This document shows positions 16,437-25,904 of a stretch of DNA of 51,949 nucleotides, in pieces; the stretch's first letter is position 1; each line of letters opens with the position of its first letter. The stretch comes from Phycisphaerales bacterium. GTDB lineage: Bacteria > Planctomycetota > Phycisphaerae > Phycisphaerales > UBA1924. The position numbers and the translations under genes are program-made. Below the pieces are notes generated by a model, which was given only the letters and a program-made list of their open reading frames with translations, made no database searches and was not told the origin of the DNA. The DNA lies in assembly GCA_035298585.1 (NCBI GenBank), contig DATGXW010000390.1:1-51949 (forward strand). The letters are read 5' to 3'.

Positions 16437-19400
16437 ATGTTCAGCAAGCTTTTCATCGATCGCCCCGTGCTCGCGGGTGTGATCTCGATCCTGATCGTGC
16501 TGCTCGGCGGCGTGGCGTACTTCCAGCTTCCCGTGGCGCAGTACCCCGAGCTGGCGCCGCCGATCGTGCGCGTCGAGGCGGTGTACCCCGGCGCGACGGC
16601 CCAGACGATCGCCGACACGGTGGCCGCGCCCCTGGAGCAGGAGGTCAACGGCGTTGAGCGCATGATCTACATGCAGTCGACCTCCTCGGATGGCCGGTAC
16701 GGCCTTGACATCTCCTTTGAGGTCGGCACCGACATCGACATGGCGGCGGTCCTGGTGCAGAACCGCGTGTCGATCGCCCTACCCAAGCTCCCCGAGGAGG
16801 TTCGCCGGCAGGGTGTGACGACACGCAAGCAGTCGACGAACCTCGCGGGCGTCATTTCCCTGTCATCCCGGGAAGGCCCCGACGGCCGGCCGATGTACGA
16901 CGACCTGTTCCTGGCCAACTACCTGACGACGCGGTGGCGCGACGAGTTCTCCCGCATCTACGGCGTGGGGGCGATCAACGTCATGTCGGCCAAGGACTAC
17001 GGGATGCGGATCTGGCTGGACCCCGAGCGGCTCAAGGCGCGCGGGGTGACCGTCAACGACGTGGCGGCGGCGATCCGCGAGCAGAACATCCAGGTCGCGG
17101 CGGGAAAGATCGGCGCTCCGCCGGCCCCGTCCGGGACGGAGCTGCAGCTCAACATCACGACGCTGGGCCGCCTGACGGATCCCGAGCAGTTCGCGGACAT
17201 CATCGTGAAGACGGAGGGACAGGCGGTCGTGCGGGTCAAGGATCTGGCCCGGATCGAGCTTGGTTCGCGGGATTACTCGACAATCGCGACGTTCAACGGG
17301 CGGCCCAACGCGGTGCTGGTGGTCTACCAGTTGCCGGGCGCGAACCTGGTCGAACTGACCGACGCCGTCTCCAAGAAGCTGGACGAACTGGCGGGGGCCG
17401 GTGGGGCGAACCTGCCGCAGGGCGTCGAGGCGAAGTTCTTCTACGACTCCTCGATGTTCATCCGGGCGTCGATGGACGAGGTCTTCAAGACGCTGATCGA
17501 GGCGTTTGTGCTCGTCTTCATCGTGGTGCTGCTCTTCCTCCAGTCGTTCCGGACCACCCTGATCCCGGCGCTGACCATCCCGGTCTCGCTGATCGGCGCG
17601 CTGCTCTTCATGGCGATGCTGGGGTTCTCGATCAACATGCTGACGATGTTCGGGATGGTGCTGGCGATCGGCATTGTCGTGGACGACGCGATCGTGGTCG
17701 TCGAGAACGTCGAGCGCAACATGACCGAGTTCCACCTCTCGGCGCGGGAGGCGACCGTCAAGGCCATGAGCGAGATCTCGGGCGCGGTCATCGCCATCAC
17801 GCTGGTGCTCATGAGCGTCTTCATCCCCGCGGCGGCCCTCCCGGGGATCACCGGCGAGATGTACCGCCAGTTCGCGCTGACGATCGCGTCCTCCACCGCG
17901 CTCTCGGCGGTGTGTGCACTGACGCTCAGCCCCGCCCTGTGCGCCCTGCTGCTCAAGGCCCACGCGCCCGGCGAGAAGAAGAAGACGTTCATTCTCTTCC
18001 GGCCGCTCGCGTGGCTTGGTACGGTTTTCAATCGGATCTTTGACGCCGTCACCGCGGTGTACGCGTGGATCATCCGGGGCACCGTCCGGGTCGCGGTCCT
18101 CATGATTCTTCCCTTCGCGGCGGTGGTGGCGCTCACGAGCTACACGTTCACGCGGGTGCCCACGGGGTTCGTGCCCGACGAGGACCTGGGCTTTGTGGTT
18201 GTCGGCGCTCAGCTTCCCGACGGGGCGTCGCTCGAGCGTTCCAAGGCGGTCATCGACCGCGTCTCGGCGATCGTGCAGAACGTCGACGGGGTGGAGGACG
18301 TGGTGGCGCTCTCGGGCTTCTCGGTCATTGACGGCCAGTCGGTCAACTACGGCAACGCATGGATCGTGCTCAAGCCGTGGGATGAGCGGGCCAAGACCAA
18401 GCGGGGGGTCAAGGAGATCATGGCCGACATCAACCGGCAGGTGCAGCCGATCCAGGATTCGCAGTTCCTGGTCTTCTCGCTCCCGCCGATTCCGGGCCTT
18501 GGGAACGCGTCGGCGATCGACATGCGGATCCAGGACCGCGCCTCGCTGGGTTCGCGGTCCATCGAGCAGGCGGCACAGGATGTCATCGCCGCATCGATGG
18601 GGCAGCAGCCGGCCACGGTGGCGTATGCGTTCACATCCTATCGCTCGGGCGTGCCGCAGTTGTTCCTTGATATCGACCGCGAGAAGGTGCTCAAGCTCGA
18701 TATCCCCCTCCAGTCGGTCTTCGACACGCTCCAGACCTACCTCGGGTCCGCCTACGTCAACGACTTCAACCGCTTTGACCGGACCTGGCAGGTCAACATG
18801 CAGGCCGACAGCCAGTTCCGGCTCACGCCCCAGGACATCACGCGGCTGGAGGTCCGGACTCGGTCGGGCGAGATGATCCCGCTGGGCACGGTCCTGACGG
18901 TCAAGGACTCGGTCGGACCCGACCGTGTGCAGCGGTACAACATGTACCCGACCGCGACGGTCTACGGCATCCCGATCCCGGGCGTCTCATCGGGCGAGGC
19001 GATGGCCACCATGCGGGCCGCGGCTCAGAACAGCCTTCCCCAGGGGATGGGCTTTGAGTGGTCGAGCCTGTCGTTCCAGGAGTCAAGGACCGGCAACCAG
19101 GCGGTCCTGGTCTTCACGCTGGCGATCGTCCTGGTCTACCTCATCCTCGCAGCGCAGTATGAGAGCTTCATCACGCCGATCCCGGTGGTGGTCTCGATCC
19201 CGCTGGTGATCATCGGCGCGATGGTGGCGCTGGACCTTCGCGGCATGGACAACAACGTCTTCACGCAGATCGGCCTGGTGCTGCTGGTGGGTCTTGGCGC
19301 CAAGAACGCGATCCTCATCGTCGAGTTTGCCCGTGAGAACCGGGCCAAGGGACTCTCCATCAGGGAATCGGCGATCGAGGCCGCCAAGGTCCGGTTCCGC

Positions 19401-19676
19401 CCCATCATCATGACGTCGCTGGCGTTCATCCTCGGCGTTGTTCCCCTCCTCAACGCGACGGGCGCGGGCGCTTCAAGCCGGCGCGTGCTGGGCACGGCCG
19501 TCTTCGGAGGCATGGTGGGAAACACGGTGCTCGGTCTCCTGTTCGTACCGGCGCTGTACGTGATTTTCCAGACGATCGGAGAATGGATCCGGCCGCCGAA
19601 GAAGTCGCCGGGAGCACACGGCGGCGCGCCTGGGACGGAAGCGGCGGCGGTCCCCGCCGTGCCGCACGCCACCTGA
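16437..19676 (+). CDS. RND (HAE1/AcrB-type) efflux permease
   Basis: The N-terminus MFSKLFIDRPVLAGVISILI is canonical. It has 12 TM segments, two large periplasmic loops and ~1079 aa. The track ORF begins at GTG 16398, but ATG 16437 fits the family N-terminus. Confidence 0.95.
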   Translation: MFSKLFIDRPVLAGVISILIVLLGGVAYFQLPVAQYPELAPPIVRVEAVYPGATAQTIADTVAAPLEQEVNGVERMIYMQSTSSDGRYGLDISFEVGTDIDMAAVLVQNRVSIALPKLPEEVRRQGVTTRKQSTNLAGVISLSSREGPDGRPMYDDLFLANYLTTRWRDEFSRIYGVGAINVMSAKDYGMRIWLDPERLKARGVTVNDVAAAIREQNIQVAAGKIGAPPAPSGTELQLNITTLGRLTDPEQFADIIVKTEGQAVVRVKDLARIELGSRDYSTIATFNGRPNAVLVVYQLPGANLVELTDAVSKKLDELAGAGGANLPQGVEAKFFYDSSMFIRASMDEVFKTLIEAFVLVFIVVLLFLQSFRTTLIPALTIPVSLIGALLFMAMLGFSINMLTMFGMVLAIGIVVDDAIVVVENVERNMTEFHLSAREATVKAMSEISGAVIAITLVLMSVFIPAAALPGITGEMYRQFALTIASSTALSAVCALTLSPALCALLLKAHAPGEKKKTFILFRPLAWLGTVFNRIFDAVTAVYAWIIRGTVRVAVLMILPFAAVVALTSYTFTRVPTGFVPDEDLGFVVVGAQLPDGASLERSKAVIDRVSAIVQNVDGVEDVVALSGFSVIDGQSVNYGNAWIVLKPWDERAKTKRGVKEIMADINRQVQPIQDSQFLVFSLPPIPGLGNASAIDMRIQDRASLGSRSIEQAAQDVIAASMGQQPATVAYAFTSYRSGVPQLFLDIDREKVLKLDIPLQSVFDTLQTYLGSAYVNDFNRFDRTWQVNMQADSQFRLTPQDITRLEVRTRSGEMIPLGTVLTVKDSVGPDRVQRYNMYPTATVYGIPIPGVSSGEAMATMRAAAQNSLPQGMGFEWSSLSFQESRTGNQAVLVFTLAIVLVYLILAAQYESFITPIPVVVSIPLVIIGAMVALDLRGMDNNVFTQIGLVLLVGLGAKNAILIVEFARENRAKGLSIRESAIEAAKVRFRPIIMTSLAFILGVVPLLNATGAGASSRRVLGTAVFGGMVGNTVLGLLFVPALYVIFQTIGEWIRPPKKSPGAHGGAPGTEAAAVPAVPHAT

Positions 19677-19703
19677 ACAGCTCGGTGAGTTGCCGGGGAT
19701 CGG

Positions 19704-21038
19704 TCAGTCCGCCGCGAAGCATCGCCACGCCTGCGTGTGCGTTAATCGCTGGTCCCAGCCAATGGCCTGATGCTGCGGCATCGTCTTGCGCCGGCGTTCA
19801 ATCGCGGCCTGGATGCTGTCTTCGGGATGCGGCCTGACAATCGGCGTGTCTGACCCGAACCACAGCCCCTCTCCCGGCCGGGCGCCATGCTCGATCAATT
19901 CGCGGAGGGGAAGCACACGGTCGAGTCGGTGGGGGAGGTATCGCCCGAGTGCTTCGATGTCGGCCAGGAGGTGGCAGGGCTGAACGCTGGCCACCACGCC
20001 CAGTGCGCTGAAACGCGGGACATCCGCGCGATCGATGATCTCCGCGTGTTCGACGCGGACCGCCGGGAGCGTTGATGGTTCAGCGCGGCGGACGCCGACG
20101 ATCCCTGATGCACATCGACGCTGATCACGTTCCTGAGGTGTGATGACCGCTTCCGCGGCGTCGAGGACCGCACGGACGGCGGCATCGCCGATGGCGTGTG
20201 CGGCAAGGCCGATCCCACGGAGCTCGCAGGCGGAGAGTGCCTCCTTGATGCCCTCGGGCGTGGTGACGATCTTCCCCGTGGGCAGACCTTCCTGCGGGCT
20301 TCGGAACGGCTCGAGCATCCACGCCGTGCGGCTGTTGAGGGTTCCGTCCACGAAGATCTTGCCCCCCGCGAGCACGACATCGTCGCGCGTCCACGCGGGC
20401 GTGGTCGATGAGAGCGCGTGGACCTGGTCCATGGGGGCGTAGAGCCAGACCTTGAGCGGGAGTGCACACGCGTCTGAGAGCTCGGCCAGGAGTGGCCCGA
20501 GCCACGGCTGCGCGAGCATCTCGTGGACCTCGACATATCCGTGGGATGCGAGGTCGTTGAGCGCGGCGATGACATGCTCGCGTCGTTCGGCAGGGCTTGG
20601 TTCGGGTGCACACGACCACGCGGACCATGCGGCGGTCTCGAGCAAGAGACCGTTCGGCATGCCGCTTGCTTTGCGTGCGATCACGCCGCCGGGCGGTGGT
20701 GATGAATGCTGGTCGATCCTGGCGGCGGCGAGTGCGGCGGAGTTGCACATGACCATGTGGTGATCAAACGACATCGCGGCACAGGGAACGTCGCCGGTGA
20801 TTCGGTCGAGTTCTTCGATCGTGGGCCACCCGCTGGGGCCCTTGCCGGGCGTTGACCAGCCTTCGATGCGTGCACCGACCAAGCGCAGCCACTGGCCGCG
20901 CAGGATCGAGCAGACGTTCGCACGAACGATCTCGAGCATGTCGTGCACACTCGTGGCGGCGTCGAGCGAGGGCATCGTGAGCGCCTGGCCGTGCGCGGCG
21001 ATGTGTGCATGTGCCTCTCGGAGGCGCTGCGGACTCAT
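19704..21038 (-). CDS. metal-dependent amidohydrolase (Amidohydro_3/YtcJ-like)
   Basis: The internal ATG 21038 overlaps the upstream stop as ATGA. An N-terminal HxH (EAHAHI) is present, along with IFVDGTLNSRTAW, AAHAIGD and a late VEHAE. Confidence 0.8.
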   Translation of the reverse strand: MSPQRLREAHAHIAAHGQALTMPSLDAATSVHDMLEIVRANVCSILRGQWLRLVGARIEGWSTPGKGPSGWPTIEELDRITGDVPCAAMSFDHHMVMCNSAALAAARIDQHSSPPPGGVIARKASGMPNGLLLETAAWSAWSCAPEPSPAERREHVIAALNDLASHGYVEVHEMLAQPWLGPLLAELSDACALPLKVWLYAPMDQVHALSSTTPAWTRDDVVLAGGKIFVDGTLNSRTAWMLEPFRSPQEGLPTGKIVTTPEGIKEALSACELRGIGLAAHAIGDAAVRAVLDAAEAVITPQERDQRRCASGIVGVRRAEPSTLPAVRVEHAEIIDRADVPRFSALGVVASVQPCHLLADIEALGRYLPHRLDRVLPLRELIEHGARPGEGLWFGSDTPIVRPHPEDSIQAAIERRRKTMPQHQAIGWDQRLTHTQAWRCFAAD

Positions 21039-21715
21039 GAAAGACCCTTCGAAGCATCGAGCAGGAGGGTCTCGACCGCCTCGTGCGCGGCTGCGGGAGT
21101 GGTCACGGGGGCGGTGAATTCGATGCGACCGATGCCGAAATTGGTCCGAACATCCAGGCCCAGGGGGTCGATGCCCACCATCACAGCGCGGTCGAGGGAG
21201 CGTCCGATCCTGTCTCTTGCGAGGGCCAGGAGGTGCTCTTTGTGTCCGTTGGCGAGCTTGCAGAGGCCCGGCTCGGCACTTCGCAAGGGGTTTGGAGCGA
21301 TGAGCAGCTGGGGATCGAAGACCCGATTGGCAATGCGGGCGGACTCGACGCGAAGCAATGCCCATCGGCGCTGATGGCTCGGTCCGTGGTAGATGAGGTG
21401 GCGGTCGGGTGATTCATGCGTCCTGGGATCGAGATCGGCCACCGAGCAGAGCAATTGCAGACCCCCTTCACCCTCGTCGGGTATGAGGAAGGGGAGGCTA
21501 TCCGCCATGGACTCGTCGATTGCGTCCGGTCCGTCGGCGGCGAGTGGTACGACCGGGCAGCCGGTGGCGGGGTCAAGAACGTACTTGGCGATGATCGGGA
21601 GGTCACCAGCGCGCAGAACGCCGCCCGAGTGGGCGCGGAGGTACCTGCCGGGCGCCATCGGGGCGGTTGAGAAGGGTCCGACGTCGTGTTCGGGGTGCCC
21701 GGGACCGGTGTTCAT
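21035..21715 (-). CDS. HugZ/HutZ-like split-barrel protein with a C-terminal DUF2470-like domain
   Basis: The C-terminal segment ANGHKEHLLALARDRIG...AVMVGIDPLGLDVRT...GRIEF matches my recollection of the DUF2470 consensus. The assignment is tentative. Confidence 0.5.
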   Translation of the reverse strand: MNTGPGHPEHDVGPFSTAPMAPGRYLRAHSGGVLRAGDLPIIAKYVLDPATGCPVVPLAADGPDAIDESMADSLPFLIPDEGEGGLQLLCSVADLDPRTHESPDRHLIYHGPSHQRRWALLRVESARIANRVFDPQLLIAPNPLRSAEPGLCKLANGHKEHLLALARDRIGRSLDRAVMVGIDPLGLDVRTNFGIGRIEFTAPVTTPAAAHEAVETLLLDASKGLS

Positions 21716-21778
21716 GCTCGATCATTGCCGCCCGGATGACCGCAGAGCAAGCACGGGGCGTGTCGTGAGAGGCTCAAC

Positions 21779-21828
21779 GGGGATAGGAAGGGCATGAACG
21801 GGACATGAAGGGGGGCATGAGGGGGGGG
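21779..21828 (+). repeat. G-tract array with a GGGNCATGA-type triple repeat (G-quadruplex-capable on the + strand)
   Basis: The sequence is GGGG-ataggaa-GGG-catgaac-GGG-acatgaa-GGGGGG-catga-GGGGGGGG. It has five G-runs of at least 3 with loops of 7 nt or less. Confidence 0.6.
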
Positions 21829-21863
21829 CAAAAACGATCGCGGGGCCCGCCGGCCCCGCGATC
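21829..21863 (-). terminator. rho-independent terminator (minus strand)
   Basis: On the minus strand it reads GATCGCGGGGCC-GGCG-GGCCCCGCGATC (12-bp perfect stem) followed by GTTTTTG. It lies 83 nt downstream of the micro-ORF stop. Confidence 0.65.
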
Positions 21864-21946
21864 TTCCAGATTGTTGTGGGATTCGTCGCCCGTCGTGTGA
21901 TTGTGGCGGGCGCGAGGCCTGGGGAGCACGAGGCTCACCCACCCGC

Positions 21947-22021
21947 TTACTTGCGGGCCTTCTTCTTGGCTGCCTTCTTCGCAGTCTTCTTGCCAGCCTT
22001 CTTGGAAGCTTTCTTCGCCAT
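21947..22021 (-). CDS. 24-codon lysine-rich micro-ORF (MAKKASKKAGKKTAKKAAKKKARK)
   Basis: ATG 22021 is preceded by GAGGAG with an 8-nt spacer, the stop is TAA at 21947-21949, and the intrinsic terminator follows. It is below the length cutoff of the ORF track. Confidence 0.45.
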   Translation of the reverse strand: MAKKASKKAGKKTAKKAAKKKARK

Positions 22022-22339
22022 TACGGGAACTCCTCGTAACGAGACATGCCCGGGTCGCGCTGTGCACTCCAACGTGCAGAGCATCCGGGCGGGAATGATT
22101 ATCGGTGTAACCTCTCACAAGACTTGAGTACATCGCGCATCTTTTGCGTCGTTGCACTCCGGCGAGCGCGGGGTTTGTCATCGATCATGCTCAGAGCATA
22201 CAGAGTGTTCGCACGCTGTGCACGCAAGTCATCCTTCGGGCGCTGCGACTCATGCGGATCGATCACCTCGCCGACATTGACCCGGAGGCGTTGAGCGTGC
22301 ACACTTGAGCGGTTCAGTCATCGCTCACGGAGTCTGAAG

Positions 22340-23590
22340 ATGCCCGGAATCACTCGGCGAAATCTCGATTGCGGCATGACGCTGGTCGTTGAGCACATCG
22401 AAGGTGTTCAGAGCTGCGCCATGTGCTGGATGGTCCCCGGCGGCTCGGCGTTCGACCCTGTCAATCGTTGTGGAAGATCGACGATGTGGGAAGAGCTGCT
22501 GATGCGCGGCGTCGGCGGGCGTGACAGCCGCGAGCAGGCCGACGCGATCGATCGACTGGGCATCGGGCGTTCGACCGATGTCGGCACGTTCTATATGCGG
22601 GTCGCGGCCACGATGATGGGCGCACGCGTGCTCGACGGGCTTCCACTGATCGCCGATATGGTGCTGAGCCCGGCGATGGATGCCGACGACGTGGAACCGA
22701 CGCGAGACCTTGCACTCCAGGCGATCGCATCGCTGAAGGATGATCCCCAGCAGCGGGCGATGCTGGCAGCGCGAGAGCGGCATCTTCCCGATCCGATCAA
22801 CCGGTCGGGGCTGGGAACCCCCGATGGGCTGGGCGCGCTGACGGCGGAGAACCTTCTGGCCGACTGGAAGATGGTCGCGAAGCCTCGCGGGTCGATCCTG
22901 GCGATGGCGGGTGCGATCGACCCCGACGCGATGTTCGACGCATGGCAGGGTGTGCTCGGGGGGTGGGAGGGGAGTTCAACCTTCCCCACGATCGGTCCCG
23001 TGCCGGCGCGCGGGTATCAGCACGAGACCGACAACACCAACCAGGTGCAGATCATCGTCTGTCACGATGCGCCGACGGAACTGGCCGACGACTCCATCCT
23101 TGAGAAGATCGTGCTCAACGTCCTTTCGGGGGGGATGTCGGGGCGTCTGTTCTCCGAGGTGCGGGAGAAGCGTGGGCTGTGCTACTCGGTGAGCGCGGGA
23201 TATCGGGGCGACCGGGACTTTGGATCGGTGACGGCGTATGTCGGGACGACGCCCGAGCGTGCACAGGAATCGCTCAACGTGCTCCTTGCGGAGCTTGCGA
23301 GGATCAATTCGCCCGCGGCGGCCGACCGGGTCACGCAGGACGAGTTCCAGCGTGCGGTCGCGGGCATGAAGAGCCGCCTGGTCTTCAGCGGCGAGTCGAC
23401 GGCGGCCCGAGCCAGCGCGCTGGCGGCGGATATGCACGTCTATGGGCGTCCCCGCTCGCTGACGGAGATCGCCGAGAAGATCGACCGGGTCACGCTCGAT
23501 CAGGTCAACGCGTACCTCGCGCGGCGGAAGCTGGGGGCGCTGACGATCCAGACACTCGGTCCGGCCGCGCTCACGGTCCCTGCGCTGTGA
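22340..23590 (+). CDS. M16 (pitrilysin/insulinase) family protein, probably a non-catalytic subunit
   Basis: The M16 fold pattern is present (RNLDCGMTLVVEHIEG...). At the HxxEH position, however, the sequence is GRSTMWEELLMRG, so both His ligands are replaced. Confidence 0.8.
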   Translation: MPGITRRNLDCGMTLVVEHIEGVQSCAMCWMVPGGSAFDPVNRCGRSTMWEELLMRGVGGRDSREQADAIDRLGIGRSTDVGTFYMRVAATMMGARVLDGLPLIADMVLSPAMDADDVEPTRDLALQAIASLKDDPQQRAMLAARERHLPDPINRSGLGTPDGLGALTAENLLADWKMVAKPRGSILAMAGAIDPDAMFDAWQGVLGGWEGSSTFPTIGPVPARGYQHETDNTNQVQIIVCHDAPTELADDSILEKIVLNVLSGGMSGRLFSEVREKRGLCYSVSAGYRGDRDFGSVTAYVGTTPERAQESLNVLLAELARINSPAAADRVTQDEFQRAVAGMKSRLVFSGESTAARASALAADMHVYGRPRSLTEIAEKIDRVTLDQVNAYLARRKLGALTIQTLGPAALTVPAL

Positions 23591-23663
23591 TCGGATGATC
23601 CCCCCGCGGCCGGGGGGAGCGCTGGTGTTCAACCCTGCGCGTTTTGGGTATCGTGATGCTCCT

Positions 23664-25064
23664 ATGAGCGACACGAAGCCGGCGGCGGGGATGGGTTCAG
23701 GCCGCACCGTCCAATCCCCCAGCCGGGTGCTCGGCACATTCGACGCCTCGTGCATCGTCATCGGCGCGATCATCGGGGTGGGGATCTTCTTCTCACCCGG
23801 CGGCGTGGTGCGTGCGACGGGGGATGGAACGCTGGCGCTCATCGCCTGGTGCGTCGCGGGCGTGATGGCGCTGTGCGGCGCCCTGGTCTTTGCGGAACTG
23901 GGTTCCCGCTTCAACGCCAGCGGCGCGCAGTACGAGATTCTCCGCGGCACCTACGGCCGGCTCCCGGCCTTCGCGTACGTCTTCTGCAACGCGACGGCCA
24001 TCCAGGCGGGGGCGGTGGCGATCATCGCGGCGATCTGCGTCCAGAACCTCGCCCGGGCGCTGGGCAACCCACCGCCCGAGGGCAACCAGATGGTCGTCCA
24101 GGGCGCCATCCTGATCCTGGGCATCATGGGGGCGAACATCGCTGGCGTGAAGATCGGTTCTGCGATCCAGAACTTCACGGTGATCGCCAAGGTCCTGACG
24201 CTGCTGCTGGTCACGGGGCTCGCGCTGATGTCAGACGGGATTGCGGGAAGCGAGGCGACGGTCCTGCCCGAACCGCGTGATCGCGGCGCCGTCAGCCTCG
24301 TGCTCTCGGCGTTGGCGCCGGCGTTCTTTGCCTTCGGGGGCTGGCAGCACGCTCTTTGGATCTCGGGAGAGGTCAAGAACCCGGTTCGGACGCTGCCGAG
24401 GGCGATCTTCGGGGGCGTGGTCGTCGTGGTCATCGTCTATCTGCTTGCCAACTGGTCGTACCTGCACCTCCTGGGGGAGCGCGGTGTCTACGAGAGCAAG
24501 GCACTCGCGGCGGATGCGGTGGGCAGGGCGTGGCCGCAGTACGGGGCGCGGATCATCGCCGGGGCGGTGGCGCTCTCGGCGTTCGGCGTGCTGAATGCAC
24601 AGCTCCTGTCCGGGCCGCGCCTTGTGCACCGCATGGCGACCGAAGGTCAGTTCTTCCACGCGTTTGCGCGGCTGGGCAAGGCGGGTACGCCGTGGGCGGC
24701 GATCATGCTGATCGCGCTGATCGGCATCGGGCTGCTCGCGACGATCCGAACCATCGAGGGGATCGACACGCTGTGCAACGGTGTCGTGTTCATCGACGGC
24801 GTCTTCTTCGCGCTCACGGCGATCTCGCTGCTGGTGATCCGGGCGCGAGAGAAGAAGATCCTGCAAGCGGGGCAGGCGACTGCACAGGGGGTGTTTCGCG
24901 TCCCATTCTCCCCGGTCATCCCGCTCGTCTTCATCGTGGGAGAGTTCGGGCTGCTGGCGGGAACGTATCTGAGCGAGAGCATGCGTCAGGCGGCGTGGAT
25001 CGGGATCGCGTGGATGTTCCTGGCCATCGCGATGTACTTGATGTTCTTCAGGCGTGGGGTCTGA
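23664..25064 (+). CDS. APC-superfamily amino acid permease
   Basis: ATG 23664 starts MSDTKPAAG.... It has about 12 TM segments and the motif VIGAIIGVGIFFSPG. Confidence 0.88.
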   Translation: MSDTKPAAGMGSGRTVQSPSRVLGTFDASCIVIGAIIGVGIFFSPGGVVRATGDGTLALIAWCVAGVMALCGALVFAELGSRFNASGAQYEILRGTYGRLPAFAYVFCNATAIQAGAVAIIAAICVQNLARALGNPPPEGNQMVVQGAILILGIMGANIAGVKIGSAIQNFTVIAKVLTLLLVTGLALMSDGIAGSEATVLPEPRDRGAVSLVLSALAPAFFAFGGWQHALWISGEVKNPVRTLPRAIFGGVVVVVIVYLLANWSYLHLLGERGVYESKALAADAVGRAWPQYGARIIAGAVALSAFGVLNAQLLSGPRLVHRMATEGQFFHAFARLGKAGTPWAAIMLIALIGIGLLATIRTIEGIDTLCNGVVFIDGVFFALTAISLLVIRAREKKILQAGQATAQGVFRVPFSPVIPLVFIVGEFGLLAGTYLSESMRQAAWIGIAWMFLAIAMYLMFFRRGV

Positions 25065-25190
25065 CCGCGCTGGCCATGGCCGGTTCAGAGAAACGATCAG
25101 TCTGTATATATAGGATGGGGATCCTTCGTTGAACGGATTCTGTACGGGCTTGGCAAGCGGGTTTCGAGTGGCGATCGCTCAAAGCTTGCG

Positions 25191-25904
25191 GTGCCGTGTG
25201 TCGGCGTGTCGCGCGGCAGGGCTCATATTGAGATCTCGTATCATGCGGCCGTGGAGCATCCCAACCAACAGAGCGTGAGCGAGATCCTTGCCGGGTTTGC
25301 GGTGGGGGATCGCGGCGCGATCGAGGCGCTGCTGCCGCGGGTGTATTCGGAGTTGCGGCGGCTGGCGGCGGTGCACTTGCGGGCGGATCGGCAGGGCCAC
25401 ACCCTGCAACCGACCGCGCTTGTGCATGAGGCGTACATCCGGCTGGCGGACGGCGCGGGGGCGGGGGTGACGGGGAAGCTGCACTTCTTTCGCCTGGCGT
25501 CGAAGCTGATGCGTCAGATCCTGGTCGACCATGCACGTGCGCACGATGCACAGAAGCGTGGCGGCAACGCGCAGCGGATAACGCTCGACGGACTCGAAGG
25601 TGGGCCGGGTGAAAGGCCGCTTGAGCTTCTGGCGCTCGAAGAGGCTCTCGGTCGGCTGGAGAAGCTCAGCCCGCGGAAAGCGCAGCTTGTGGAGCTGCGG
25701 TTCTACGGGGGGCTGAGTGAAGAGCAGGCGGCCGAGGCGCTTTCGATCTCGCGGACACAGGCGTCGCGTGAGTGGAGGATGGCGCGGGCGTGGCTGGCCG
25801 ACGAATTGGCCGACGAAAAGGCCCACCAGATGGGCGGCGAATCCGCCGACGAGAAGGGCGGCGAGCCGCGGCCGTGGAAGGATCAAGAGAGGTCGGCCCG
25901 ATGA
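25191..25904 (+). CDS. ECF-type RNA polymerase sigma factor (kinase-associated ECF family, TIGR02999-like)
   Basis: LLPRVYSELRRLAAVHLRADRQGHTLQPTALVHEAYIRL covers region 2. ELRFYGGLSEEQAAEALSISRTQASREWRMARAWL covers region 4. The track start is GTG 25191, but GTG 25251 (VEHPNQQSVSEIL) would give a more typical N-terminus. Confidence 0.88.
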   Translation: MPCVGVSRGRAHIEISYHAAVEHPNQQSVSEILAGFAVGDRGAIEALLPRVYSELRRLAAVHLRADRQGHTLQPTALVHEAYIRLADGAGAGVTGKLHFFRLASKLMRQILVDHARAHDAQKRGGNAQRITLDGLEGGPGERPLELLALEEALGRLEKLSPRKAQLVELRFYGGLSEEQAAEALSISRTQASREWRMARAWLADELADEKAHQMGGESADEKGGEPRPWKDQERSAR

